Shown: positions 50,683-59,089 of the stretch, piece after piece | Layout: each line of letters begins with the position of its first letter | How positions within the stretch are numbered: position 1 is the first letter of the stretch | Source: an uncultured delta proteobacterium | GTDB taxonomy: Bacteria; Desulfobacterota; Binatia; UBA9968 | DNA: 64,000 bases | Assembly (NCBI GenBank): GCA_963840855.1 | Contig: CAWJBB010000049.1 | Coordinates: 1 to 64,000 of the forward strand | Direction: 5' to 3' | Notes under the pieces: generated by a model | Databases searched by the model: none | Told to the model about the DNA's origin: nothing | What the model saw: only the letters and a program-made list of their open reading frames with translations | Translations under genes and position numbers: made by a program

Positions 50683-51375
50683 ATGCCGCAAGTTACCGGA
50701 AAAAAGCGCAAGGGAATTCTCGGCGCAGCGACCCTGGTGTTCATCATCGCAGGCCTCTATTGGGGACTGATCAAAGCGCCGCCGGATGCCTACCAGGGCG
50801 ACTCCCAGCGCATCATGTATCTGCACATCCCGAGCATTTTGATCGCCTATCTCTCATTTTTTTTGGTTTTCGTCGGCAGCTGCCTCTATTTATGGAAAAG
50901 GGAAAAGCGCGATGATAATCTGGCCCATGCCGCAGCGGAGATTGGCGTTCTGTTCACCGCCCTGACGATTATCGAGGGCTCCATCTGGGGCCGCCCCACC
51001 TGGGGAGTTTGGTGGACCTGGGACGCGCGTTTGACGCTTACGGCGATCCTGCTATTAATATTCATCGGCTATTTGATGCTGCGCGCGCTGGTCGAGGATG
51101 AATCCCGGGCGGCCTCGTCGGCGGCGATCCTGGGGATCATCGGTTTTCTCGATATTCCGCTGATCCATATGTCGGTTTATTGGTGGCGCACGCTACACCA
51201 GCCGCCGTCGATTTTGCGCCCGGATAAAGTGCCCTGGGAAAATATTCACCCGGAGTTATTAACCGCGCTGGCAATCAATTTCGTCGCGTTTGTGCTGCTC
51301 TATTTTTACATGTTGTCTCTTCGCCTGCGGCTTGGCGAGATGCTCGAAGAGATCAAAGCACGGCGAATGAGGTGA
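50683..51375 (+). CDS. ccmC: Heme exporter protein C
   Basis: YLHIP, WGRPTWGVWWTWDARLT, WWRTLHQ. Confidence 0.95.
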   Translation: MPQVTGKKRKGILGAATLVFIIAGLYWGLIKAPPDAYQGDSQRIMYLHIPSILIAYLSFFLVFVGSCLYLWKREKRDDNLAHAAAEIGVLFTALTIIEGSIWGRPTWGVWWTWDARLTLTAILLLIFIGYLMLRALVEDESRAASSAAILGIIGFLDIPLIHMSVYWWRTLHQPPSILRPDKVPWENIHPELLTALAINFVAFVLLYFYMLSLRLRLGEMLEEIKARRMR

Positions 51376-51383
51376 GGGAAGCA

Positions 51384-51521
51384 ATGAGTATGTGGGGTTA
51401 TGTCATTTTGGCTTATGGCATCGTGTGGTGCGCGATTTTGCTCTACGCCGTTGCATTGAAACGGCGCTACCGCGCGGCGGAGAATGAGCTACAGCGTCTG
51501 CGCGACGCCAAGGAGTCCTAG
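51384..51521 (+). CDS. ccmD: Heme exporter protein D (45 aa, absent from the ORF track)
   Basis: MSMWGYVILAYGIVWCAILLYAVALKRRYRAAENELQRLRDAKES between ccmC and ccmE. Confidence 0.85.
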   Translation: MSMWGYVILAYGIVWCAILLYAVALKRRYRAAENELQRLRDAKES

Positions 51522-51525
51522 GATC

Positions 51526-51972
51526 ATGCAAAAGCGTAAGCGCTTCTTGATCGGCGGTCTCGTCATCATCGGCGCCCTGGCATACATCATGTACGGCGGC
51601 ATGCAGGAGGCGATGGTCTATTTTAAAATGCCTTCGGAGCTCAAAGCCGAAGACAGCAGCTCCAGGGACAAGTTTTTGCGCATGGGCGGCATGGTGGTAA
51701 AAGGCTCGCTTCAAGCCGACTTGAAAAACCTGACCTACCGATTCGATCTGAGCGACGGCACGGCGTCGTTCCCCGTCTTTTTTAAGGGTATTCCGCCGGA
51801 TTTGTTCAGCGAAGGAAAAGGCGCCGTCGTCGAAGGCCGTATCGGCAAAGACGGCGTGTTTCAAGCGACGACGATCATGGCCAAACATGCCGAGGAATAC
51901 AGCCCCCACGCCGACGGCAAGGAAGGTTATCCGAAAAGCTTCGTGCCCGCCCAAGAATCAGCGAAAAAGTGA
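51526..51972 (+). CDS. ccmE: Heme chaperone
   Basis: LRMGGMV, PDLFSEG, AKHAEEY (HxxxY). Confidence 0.95.
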   Translation: MQKRKRFLIGGLVIIGALAYIMYGGMQEAMVYFKMPSELKAEDSSSRDKFLRMGGMVVKGSLQADLKNLTYRFDLSDGTASFPVFFKGIPPDLFSEGKGAVVEGRIGKDGVFQATTIMAKHAEEYSPHADGKEGYPKSFVPAQESAKK

Positions 51973-53930
51973 CAGCCACCGTCGGCCATACCAGTATCGT
52001 CCTGGCGCTTGTCTGCGCGCTGTGGGGTGTTTTAAGCCCCATCCTCAGCGCACGGCTTGGCCAGGAGCGCTATTTTGCCGCCGCCCGCGCGGCCATTCTC
52101 GGCCAATTTCTCCTGGTGACATTGGCGGCGGCTTCGTTGATCTTCGCTCTGGTCGCCGTTGATTTTTCAATCCGCTACGTGGCCTTCAATACCACCCGGG
52201 CAACGCCGATTTACTACCGGATCACCGGACTCTGGGGCGCCCTGGAAGGCTCGTTGCTGCTTTGGGAATGGATTCTAATCATATTCTCCGCCATCGTCAC
52301 CTGGATCTATAGCCGGCGCCACCGCGAGCTAATGCCCTGGGTGTTAATGATCTTCTCTATCGTCTCGGCATTTTTTCTCGCTGTAATTGCCTTTGTCTCC
52401 AACCCCTTTGAAATCGTCACCCCTGTGCCTCTCGACGGGCGCGGTCTGAACCCGCTCCTCGAAGACGCCAATATGATGACTCATCCGCCGCTGCTCTACA
52501 CCGGCTTCGTCGGTCTCACCGTGCCCTACGCCTTCGCCATGGCGGCGCTCATCGTCGGCAAAGTAGACGAAGCTTGGATCGTCACCACCCGCCGCTGGAC
52601 GATCACCGCGTGGTTCTTTCTCACCGCCGGCAATCTCGTCGGCGCCTGGTGGTCCTACCATGTGCTGGGCTGGGGCGGTTACTGGGCCTGGGACCCGGTG
52701 GAAAACGCCGCGTTCATGCCCTGGCTGCCGGCGACGGCGTTTTTGCATTCGGTCCAGGTGCAGGAGCGCCGGCGCATGCTCAAAGTCTGGAATCTCTCGC
52801 TGATCATCATCGCCTTCAGCCTGACCATCTTCGGCACGTTTCTTACGCGCTCGGGAATTTTGTCTTCGATCCATGCGTTTTCCGCCGGACCGGTGGGAAC
52901 TGTGTTTCTCGGCTTTCTCGCTTTCGTGTTGCTCGGCTCCTTCGGTCTTCTCGCCTACCGCTCGGAAGTCCTCAAGGGCCAACCGGAGCTCGATTCGATG
53001 ATCAGCCGCGAGTCCGCCTTTTTGCTTAACAACATTGTGCTGGTCTCGGCGCTCTTCACGATTTTTCTCGGCACCATCTTCCCGCTGATCTCAGAAGCGG
53101 TGGCCGGGGTTCAAATCAGTGTCGGCGCGCCCTACTTCAATTCCGTTACCGTGCCGATCTTCCTCTTTTTAGTATTTCTCATGGCGGTGGGGCCGATGAT
53201 CGCCTGGCGGCATGCCAGTTGGGACAACTTGAAGCGCAACTTTCTGTGGCCGGCCATCGCCGCTTTGGTCTTCGGGCTCGCGCTCTTCGCCTGGAAGGTG
53301 CGCGACTTTTTGCCGCTGCTCGGTTTTACCTTGCTCTCCTTCGTGGTGTTCTCGATGTTTTACGATACCGGGCTCGCATTGCGCGCGCGCCGGCGCATCG
53401 CCGGTGAAGGCGTCCTTAGCGGCTTGATTACCTTGACCCGCCGCAATCAAAGGCGTTACGGCGGCTTCGTCGTTCACTTGGGCGTGGTCTTAATCATTCT
53501 GGGCATCGCCGGTTCCATGACCTACAGCCTGGAGCGCGAAGCCACCCTCGGGCTCAAGCAAAGTCTCAGCGTCGGCAATTACAGAATCCAATTCGAAGGG
53601 TTACGCGGCACGCAGCAACCGACCCATTTTCGCGTGGAAGGCAGTTTCCGGGTATTCCATCGAGAACAAGATCAGGGACAGCTCCAACCGGCCCTAAAAT
53701 TTTTTCCCGCCCAGCAGTCTCCCATCGGCCGCGCGGTCCATCAGACGAGCCTGGACGAAGATATATATTTGATCCTGTCGGGTTTCAGCGAGATCGACCG
53801 TAATCAAGCGACTCTCAAAGTGCTGGTGCGCCCTCTGGTCGTCTGGATGTGGATCGGCGGCTTCGTTATCACCTTGGGCACGCTGATCTGCATCTTGCCA
53901 TTGGGCAAAATCCAACCGCAAGAAGTTTGA
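51969..53930 (+). CDS. ccmF: Cytochrome c heme lyase
   Basis: WGALEGSLLLW, HPPLLY, WGGYWAWDPVENA, SIHAF. Confidence 0.97.
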   Translation: MTATVGHTSIVLALVCALWGVLSPILSARLGQERYFAAARAAILGQFLLVTLAAASLIFALVAVDFSIRYVAFNTTRATPIYYRITGLWGALEGSLLLWEWILIIFSAIVTWIYSRRHRELMPWVLMIFSIVSAFFLAVIAFVSNPFEIVTPVPLDGRGLNPLLEDANMMTHPPLLYTGFVGLTVPYAFAMAALIVGKVDEAWIVTTRRWTITAWFFLTAGNLVGAWWSYHVLGWGGYWAWDPVENAAFMPWLPATAFLHSVQVQERRRMLKVWNLSLIIIAFSLTIFGTFLTRSGILSSIHAFSAGPVGTVFLGFLAFVLLGSFGLLAYRSEVLKGQPELDSMISRESAFLLNNIVLVSALFTIFLGTIFPLISEAVAGVQISVGAPYFNSVTVPIFLFLVFLMAVGPMIAWRHASWDNLKRNFLWPAIAALVFGLALFAWKVRDFLPLLGFTLLSFVVFSMFYDTGLALRARRRIAGEGVLSGLITLTRRNQRRYGGFVVHLGVVLIILGIAGSMTYSLEREATLGLKQSLSVGNYRIQFEGLRGTQQPTHFRVEGSFRVFHREQDQGQLQPALKFFPAQQSPIGRAVHQTSLDEDIYLILSGFSEIDRNQATLKVLVRPLVVWMWIGGFVITLGTLICILPLGKIQPQEV

Positions 53931-54074
53931 TCTCGCACCGTAGAACCGAATGCAGGACGGAATTTCGCATGCACGACGCCGAGCAACAAACGCGTTTCGC
54001 TGTTGCCGCAAGGAATTCGGAGTCGGCAATTTGAAATTTGCGATCTGCCACTCCGAGCGTAGCGAGGACTTGTC

Positions 54075-54641
54075 ATGCCCTGGCGACGGTTAATTATTAC
54101 AGCTCTAGTCATCGCGCCATTGCTAGCGCTTTTTGCCTTCGGCTTCATGCGCGACGCGCGCTATATCCGCTCACCGCTCATCGCCAAGCCCGCGGCGCCG
54201 TTTGCGGTCACCCTATTCGACGGCACAAGCTTGAGCCTGGAGAGTCTCAGAGGCAAGGCGGTGTTTTTAAACTTCTGGGCTTCCTGGTGCCCGCCCTGCC
54301 GCGCCGAAGCCAGAGACCTTGAAAGCGCCTGGCGAAAAGTCAAAGATCAAAACGTAGTGTACATCGGCGTCGCGCTGCAAGACACGGAGGAAAACGCGCG
54401 GGCCTTCTTAAAAGAATTCGACATTACCTATCCCAACGGGCGCGACGAAAGTGGCAAGATCTCCGTCGACTACGGCGTGTGGGGGATTCCTGAAAGTTTT
54501 TTCATCGACTCCGAGGGGCGCATCACTTACAAACACACCGGCGCCATCCGCGCCGCGCTGGTTGAAACCAAATTGGCCGAGGCGATCAAAGGCATCGTCA
54601 CCGCTCAAGAAGGCAAAGGCGAGTACCAACAAGTACGCTGA
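54075..54641 (+). CDS. ccmG: Thiol-disulfide oxidoreductase (CcmG/TlpA)
   Basis: NFWASWCPPC, YGVWGIPES. Confidence 0.88.
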   Translation: MPWRRLIITALVIAPLLALFAFGFMRDARYIRSPLIAKPAAPFAVTLFDGTSLSLESLRGKAVFLNFWASWCPPCRAEARDLESAWRKVKDQNVVYIGVALQDTEENARAFLKEFDITYPNGRDESGKISVDYGVWGIPESFFIDSEGRITYKHTGAIRAALVETKLAEAIKGIVTAQEGKGEYQQVR

Positions 54642-54646
54642 TTATT

Positions 54647-56290
54647 ATGCTGAGAAGGGCTTTACTGCTGGCGATTGTTTTTCTGCCAGGTTTGGCTGCG
54701 GGTGCGGTCGCTCCCGACCTCGAAGACCAAACCCGCGCCCTCGCCGCGGAGCTTCGCTGCGTGGTTTGCCAAAATCTCTCAGTGGCCGATTCGCCTTCGG
54801 AGATGGCGCAGCAAATGCGCGCCATCGTGCGCGAGCAGCTCGAGGCCGGCAAGACGCCGGAACAAGTCAAAGACTTTTTCGTCTCGAAGTACGGCGAATG
54901 GGTTTTGCTGAAGCCTAAAACCAGCGGCTTTAGCCTCCTGCTCTGGCTCCTTCCTTACGTTGCGCTGACCCTCGGCGTCATCACAGCCCTGTGGTTTGTC
55001 CGGCGCTGGGCACGCCGAAAAACCCTGGCGGCACAAAGCCCAGTCGCTGGAGGCGTGGAGCGGGTCCGAAGTGAGATCGCCCGGGAGCCCATGGAGCAAC
55101 CCGATAGCGAAGACACGAGCCCGCGCGCTGAGCTGCTCCGTGAACGGGAGCGCCTGCGCGCCGAGCTGCGCGAGCTTGAGTTCGATTTTCAGTCGGGCAA
55201 ACACTCCGAAGCTGACTTCATGGCGTTCCGCAGCGAGATTGAAAACAGGTTTGGCGCGCTAATCGAAAGACTCGATGCGCTGCCGGCGGAGACCCGCGCG
55301 CATACCGCCAAGGAGAAAAGACCAGCCCATACGCCGGCAAATAAAACCCCGGCGAAAACAAGCGCTGACTCCCGGCGCCGTTTTCGCCGCTGGCAACTCG
55401 CCGCTGGCGGAAGCTTTCTCCTGCTCTTCGGCCTCGCATTGGGAATCTTTTTGACGCAATCATTGCGCCCGCGCATGTCGGAGCAGGACACCATCACTGG
55501 TGATTTTATGACCGGTACGAGTGGCGCTGCAACGGCAGCGTTGTTACAGCAAGGAAAGCAAGCCTTCGCCAAACAGGATTTCGCCAAAGCCATCGAGGCT
55601 TTCAAACAGGTGCTGGCGCAAGAGCCGAACCAGCCGGAAGCCCATGCCTACATGGGATTTATTCTAGCGCAGGCCGGCCATGGCGACGGCGCGCTGATGG
55701 CGTTCGAAAAAACGTTGGCAGTGGCGCCGAATTTTCCCATGGCTCTTTGGGGCAAGGGCATGGTGCTCTATCGCGACAAACAGGACTATGCCGGGGCGCG
55801 ATCGGTTCTCGAAAAACTTCTGCAATTGATGCCGCCGGGTGAAGAACGCAACGAAATCACCAAAGTTCTCGCCGAAATCCCGACCTCTGGCGGACCGTCA
55901 CAAAAGGCGGCGGCTGTCGCGCCGACGGCAGCGAATTCAGGACAGACCATTTCCGGCAAGATTACCGTCGATGCCAAACTGAAGGACAAAATTGACGCTC
56001 AAGCCGCGCTGTTCATCATCGCCCGGCCGGCTGGTGGCGCTGCCGGCCCGCCCCTCGCGGTCAAGAAGATTGATCGACCGTCGTTCCCGCTCGCCTACTC
56101 ACTCGGCCAGGAAAACGTCATGATGCAGGGCACGCCCTTCGCCGGAAAGATCAACATCACCGTGCGCCTCGACAAGGATGGCAACGCCGTGACCCGCGAA
56201 GCAGGCAACCTCCTCGGCGACTACAAGAAAAATCCCGTCACCGTAGGATCGCAAAACATCGACATCATCCTCGACCAGGTCGCACAGTAG
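54647..56290 (+). CDS. ccmH: CcmH-CcmI fusion (LRCxxC + TPR + C-terminal domain)
   Basis: LRCVVCQN, YGEWVLLKP, ELEFDFQSGK, TPRs, PPLAVKK. Confidence 0.9.
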   Translation: MLRRALLLAIVFLPGLAAGAVAPDLEDQTRALAAELRCVVCQNLSVADSPSEMAQQMRAIVREQLEAGKTPEQVKDFFVSKYGEWVLLKPKTSGFSLLLWLLPYVALTLGVITALWFVRRWARRKTLAAQSPVAGGVERVRSEIAREPMEQPDSEDTSPRAELLRERERLRAELRELEFDFQSGKHSEADFMAFRSEIENRFGALIERLDALPAETRAHTAKEKRPAHTPANKTPAKTSADSRRRFRRWQLAAGGSFLLLFGLALGIFLTQSLRPRMSEQDTITGDFMTGTSGAATAALLQQGKQAFAKQDFAKAIEAFKQVLAQEPNQPEAHAYMGFILAQAGHGDGALMAFEKTLAVAPNFPMALWGKGMVLYRDKQDYAGARSVLEKLLQLMPPGEERNEITKVLAEIPTSGGPSQKAAAVAPTAANSGQTISGKITVDAKLKDKIDAQAALFIIARPAGGAAGPPLAVKKIDRPSFPLAYSLGQENVMMQGTPFAGKINITVRLDKDGNAVTREAGNLLGDYKKNPVTVGSQNIDIILDQVAQ

Positions 56291-56313
56291 TGGCGCGGGT
56301 TGTTCATCAGAAT

Positions 56314-59049
56314 TTATTTCACAACCCTGTCGTCACTCGGCAGCGGCATCAGGGGAGTTGAGCCGCCCGTCGATTTCGATTCGCTTCCCCGCAGTAGTTC
56401 GTCGCCGTCCAGATATCCGTCGAGATCGCGGTCCAATGCACTGCGCACTCCGTCGCCCGGCGGCACGCATGTCAACGTTATCGGCTCGGCGCTTTGCCGG
56501 TAGCGGTTGAGCAACGCATCGACTCTAAGCGGCACGTCATCGCTACGGTCGCCACGAAAGGCGCCATTGTTGAACAACCAACCGCGCAGCGCTTTTCCTT
56601 CCCAACCTCTCGCCGTCAGATCGCAGTCGCCGGCTGTGGCGCGGCTCATGAGAAGGCCGATCAACCGTTGATCCGCTTCGTTGAGCTCGCCTGAAACAGT
56701 CAGCTGTCGTCCCACCGCGGGCGCCATGCCGGTGTCGAAGGCCATGAGATAGCTTTGCAGCGAGCGCCGGATTTTGTCATTTTCTTCTTCGTTCTTTCCC
56801 GGGAATATAAAAGTGTCCAAGCGTAGAAAGTTCGCGACGGTATCGAAGGTGCCATCGTGCAAGAAGCCATAACCGGAAACCTGCGGTCCGGCGCTGTTGA
56901 ACCGGCCGACTTTCTGGTACACATTGCGCAGGTGCCCGGTTTTCATGTCGCGCCCCACGCGCACGTCCTCGAAATTAACCAGCCGGTTGGTGCCCAGGGG
57001 AAGCGCATGACAGTTTTCGCAGTTAACCACGCCCGCGCCGGATGGAAACGGTCCGGTAAAAAAATCGAATCCCGCTTTTTCCACCGGGTCCATGCTTCGA
57101 TCAAGCCGTTGATTGGGATTGGGTGGATAGCGAATCGTGAGCACGAAGCGCGCGAAGGAATCCATGGACGGCTCGGAAATCTGCCGGCTGCGCCCGAGCA
57201 AGTCGACAAACGCGGCGTTGAAATCTTTGAAACTCGGCATATCCATTCCCGGCGCCGATGGGTCGCCGAAACGGTCGCCGCGCCAATGATAGGGCGCCGC
57301 GCCTGCCAGTCCGCGCAGACTCTGCGTGACCATGGGGCCTTTGAGCGGATGTAGGTTTTGCCGCGGCGCCGCCAACGGTTCCGGATTTTTGAGAGCTACG
57401 GGATAATCATAGCCATAACCGCCGGGATCGCCTAAATCCCAGGCCAAACCATCGACATCGCCGAACACATGGCAAGTAGCGCAGGACAGATCGCCACCTC
57501 CTGAAGTCAGCGCGGCATCGTATAGCAAAGGACGCCCCTGCTTCACCACCGCTGGCGTGGGATCGTAACGCAGCGGCGTCGTAGTCGTAATTTGCCGGTT
57601 GCGCAGATCAACAACCGAGATGGTCGCGTCAAAGTGATTCAAGACGTATAACCGCCGGGCTCGTTCATCCAGCGCCAATCCACCGGGTCCAAATCCGACG
57701 TTGATACGACCGAGAACCCGGCCCGTGCGGTCCAACACACCTATTTTTTTTGAGCCGAAGGCGGCGACATAGGCTTCGTTTCCGTCGGCTTGAAAAACCA
57801 AATCCAATGGCTGCGCCAGACTGAGGTCTGGGTCCGGAAGATCGCTCGCTGTGACGCCGCCCAAGAGTGCCGCCGCGCTGACGTTACTAATGCGGTGAGG
57901 ATTCAAGTCCACGGTTCGCACGCGATCACCGCCGCCGGCCGCGGCGGCAATCCGCGTGATGCGATTTACGGCGAATCTCCCGCGTAACTCGGGCTCGTAG
58001 GGAATCAAATTAAAAGCTTCCGTATTGGACACCCAAACTTCACCGGTGCCCGGCTGAACCGCGATGTTGAAAAGCACGGTGCCGACGTTACTTATCTGCT
58101 CGACTATCATTGGCTCGTCCCCTGATGTGTCGATCACAAACAGATCGAAATCGGGCAACTCGAAGGGCACGGCTGCGTTCCAATCGCGATTTCCATGATC
58201 ACGCCAACGGCCGCCGGAGCGCCGCACGATGGCGCCTTGTTTGGGAAACGCAGTCGAGCGAATGTTATTCAAGGATAACTGCCGCGCGCGCCCCAAGCGC
58301 ACCGCGTCCTCGCCGGAAACAGTGGTGGTGCCGTTCCCCGAAAGATAAACGGCGGCGTAGACAAACCGGCCGTCAGCCGAAGTAGCCAGCGCGCGCGGTT
58401 TAGTTCCAAAGAGAGTCAAAATTCTCGGCGGCGCCTCGGGCCGCGTAGCGTCAAATACCCAGATCTGAGCGCGCCCGATGCCGGGGGTAAAGCTTTCTCC
58501 CGACCGGGCTGTAGCGACGAAAACCCGGTCACGGTTTTTCCCCGCAACAACGATGCCCCGGGGTTCGTCGCCGACTTGCAGCGAGTGCATAACGCGGGGC
58601 CGGCTCGGATCACTGATATCCACCACGCTCACGGAGTCGGATAGATGATTAACGACCCAGGCGGTATTTTCCCGCAACGCGAGCGCCACCGGACGCAAGC
58701 CGACCGTGGTTTCTCCAAACGCGCGGAGGCTCTCGCCTTGCGCCGCGAAAATTTCCAGCCGGTCGTCCGCCGTATTCAGCGCATACAGGTAGCGCCCATC
58801 CGCGGAAAGCGCCAGAGGGCTAACCGGTTCAGTTTCAAAATTCGTAAAACCTTCCGATCTTGTGGAGCTGAATGAAGCGGGCGGCGAGGGCTCTTTTCCG
58901 CCGCGTCCCAAGCTGCATGCCATAACCAGAGCCAGCCACGAAGCCGTGATCGCGTAAGCGAACCGGTGCAGCCGCCGTGAGTATTTATCTTTCTTGTTCA
59001 AAATAAAGGTCGGAGAAAGAAGGATTTCTCCTTGCGGTCGAAATGTCAC
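56314..59049 (-). CDS. YVTN beta-propeller + di-heme cytochrome c peroxidase-like lipoprotein
   Basis: Lipobox LVMAC; repeats WVVNHLSDSVSVVD and YVLNHFDATISVVD; CATCH and CENCH; TQSLRGL, PYHWRGD, FLHDG. Confidence 0.8.
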   Translation of the reverse strand: MTFRPQGEILLSPTFILNKKDKYSRRLHRFAYAITASWLALVMACSLGRGGKEPSPPASFSSTRSEGFTNFETEPVSPLALSADGRYLYALNTADDRLEIFAAQGESLRAFGETTVGLRPVALALRENTAWVVNHLSDSVSVVDISDPSRPRVMHSLQVGDEPRGIVVAGKNRDRVFVATARSGESFTPGIGRAQIWVFDATRPEAPPRILTLFGTKPRALATSADGRFVYAAVYLSGNGTTTVSGEDAVRLGRARQLSLNNIRSTAFPKQGAIVRRSGGRWRDHGNRDWNAAVPFELPDFDLFVIDTSGDEPMIVEQISNVGTVLFNIAVQPGTGEVWVSNTEAFNLIPYEPELRGRFAVNRITRIAAAAGGGDRVRTVDLNPHRISNVSAAALLGGVTASDLPDPDLSLAQPLDLVFQADGNEAYVAAFGSKKIGVLDRTGRVLGRINVGFGPGGLALDERARRLYVLNHFDATISVVDLRNRQITTTTPLRYDPTPAVVKQGRPLLYDAALTSGGGDLSCATCHVFGDVDGLAWDLGDPGGYGYDYPVALKNPEPLAAPRQNLHPLKGPMVTQSLRGLAGAAPYHWRGDRFGDPSAPGMDMPSFKDFNAAFVDLLGRSRQISEPSMDSFARFVLTIRYPPNPNQRLDRSMDPVEKAGFDFFTGPFPSGAGVVNCENCHALPLGTNRLVNFEDVRVGRDMKTGHLRNVYQKVGRFNSAGPQVSGYGFLHDGTFDTVANFLRLDTFIFPGKNEEENDKIRRSLQSYLMAFDTGMAPAVGRQLTVSGELNEADQRLIGLLMSRATAGDCDLTARGWEGKALRGWLFNNGAFRGDRSDDVPLRVDALLNRYRQSAEPITLTCVPPGDGVRSALDRDLDGYLDGDELLRGSESKSTGGSTPLMPLPSDDRVVK

Positions 59050-59089
59050 CTACACTGCCGGATCATCCCCACTGCTGGATTATCCGCCC

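Noticed and set aside
56314-59049. True hydrazine synthase or nitrite reductase NirS
   Set aside because: No hzsA or nir genes nearby; domain order and two CCP-like hemes do not fit NirS.
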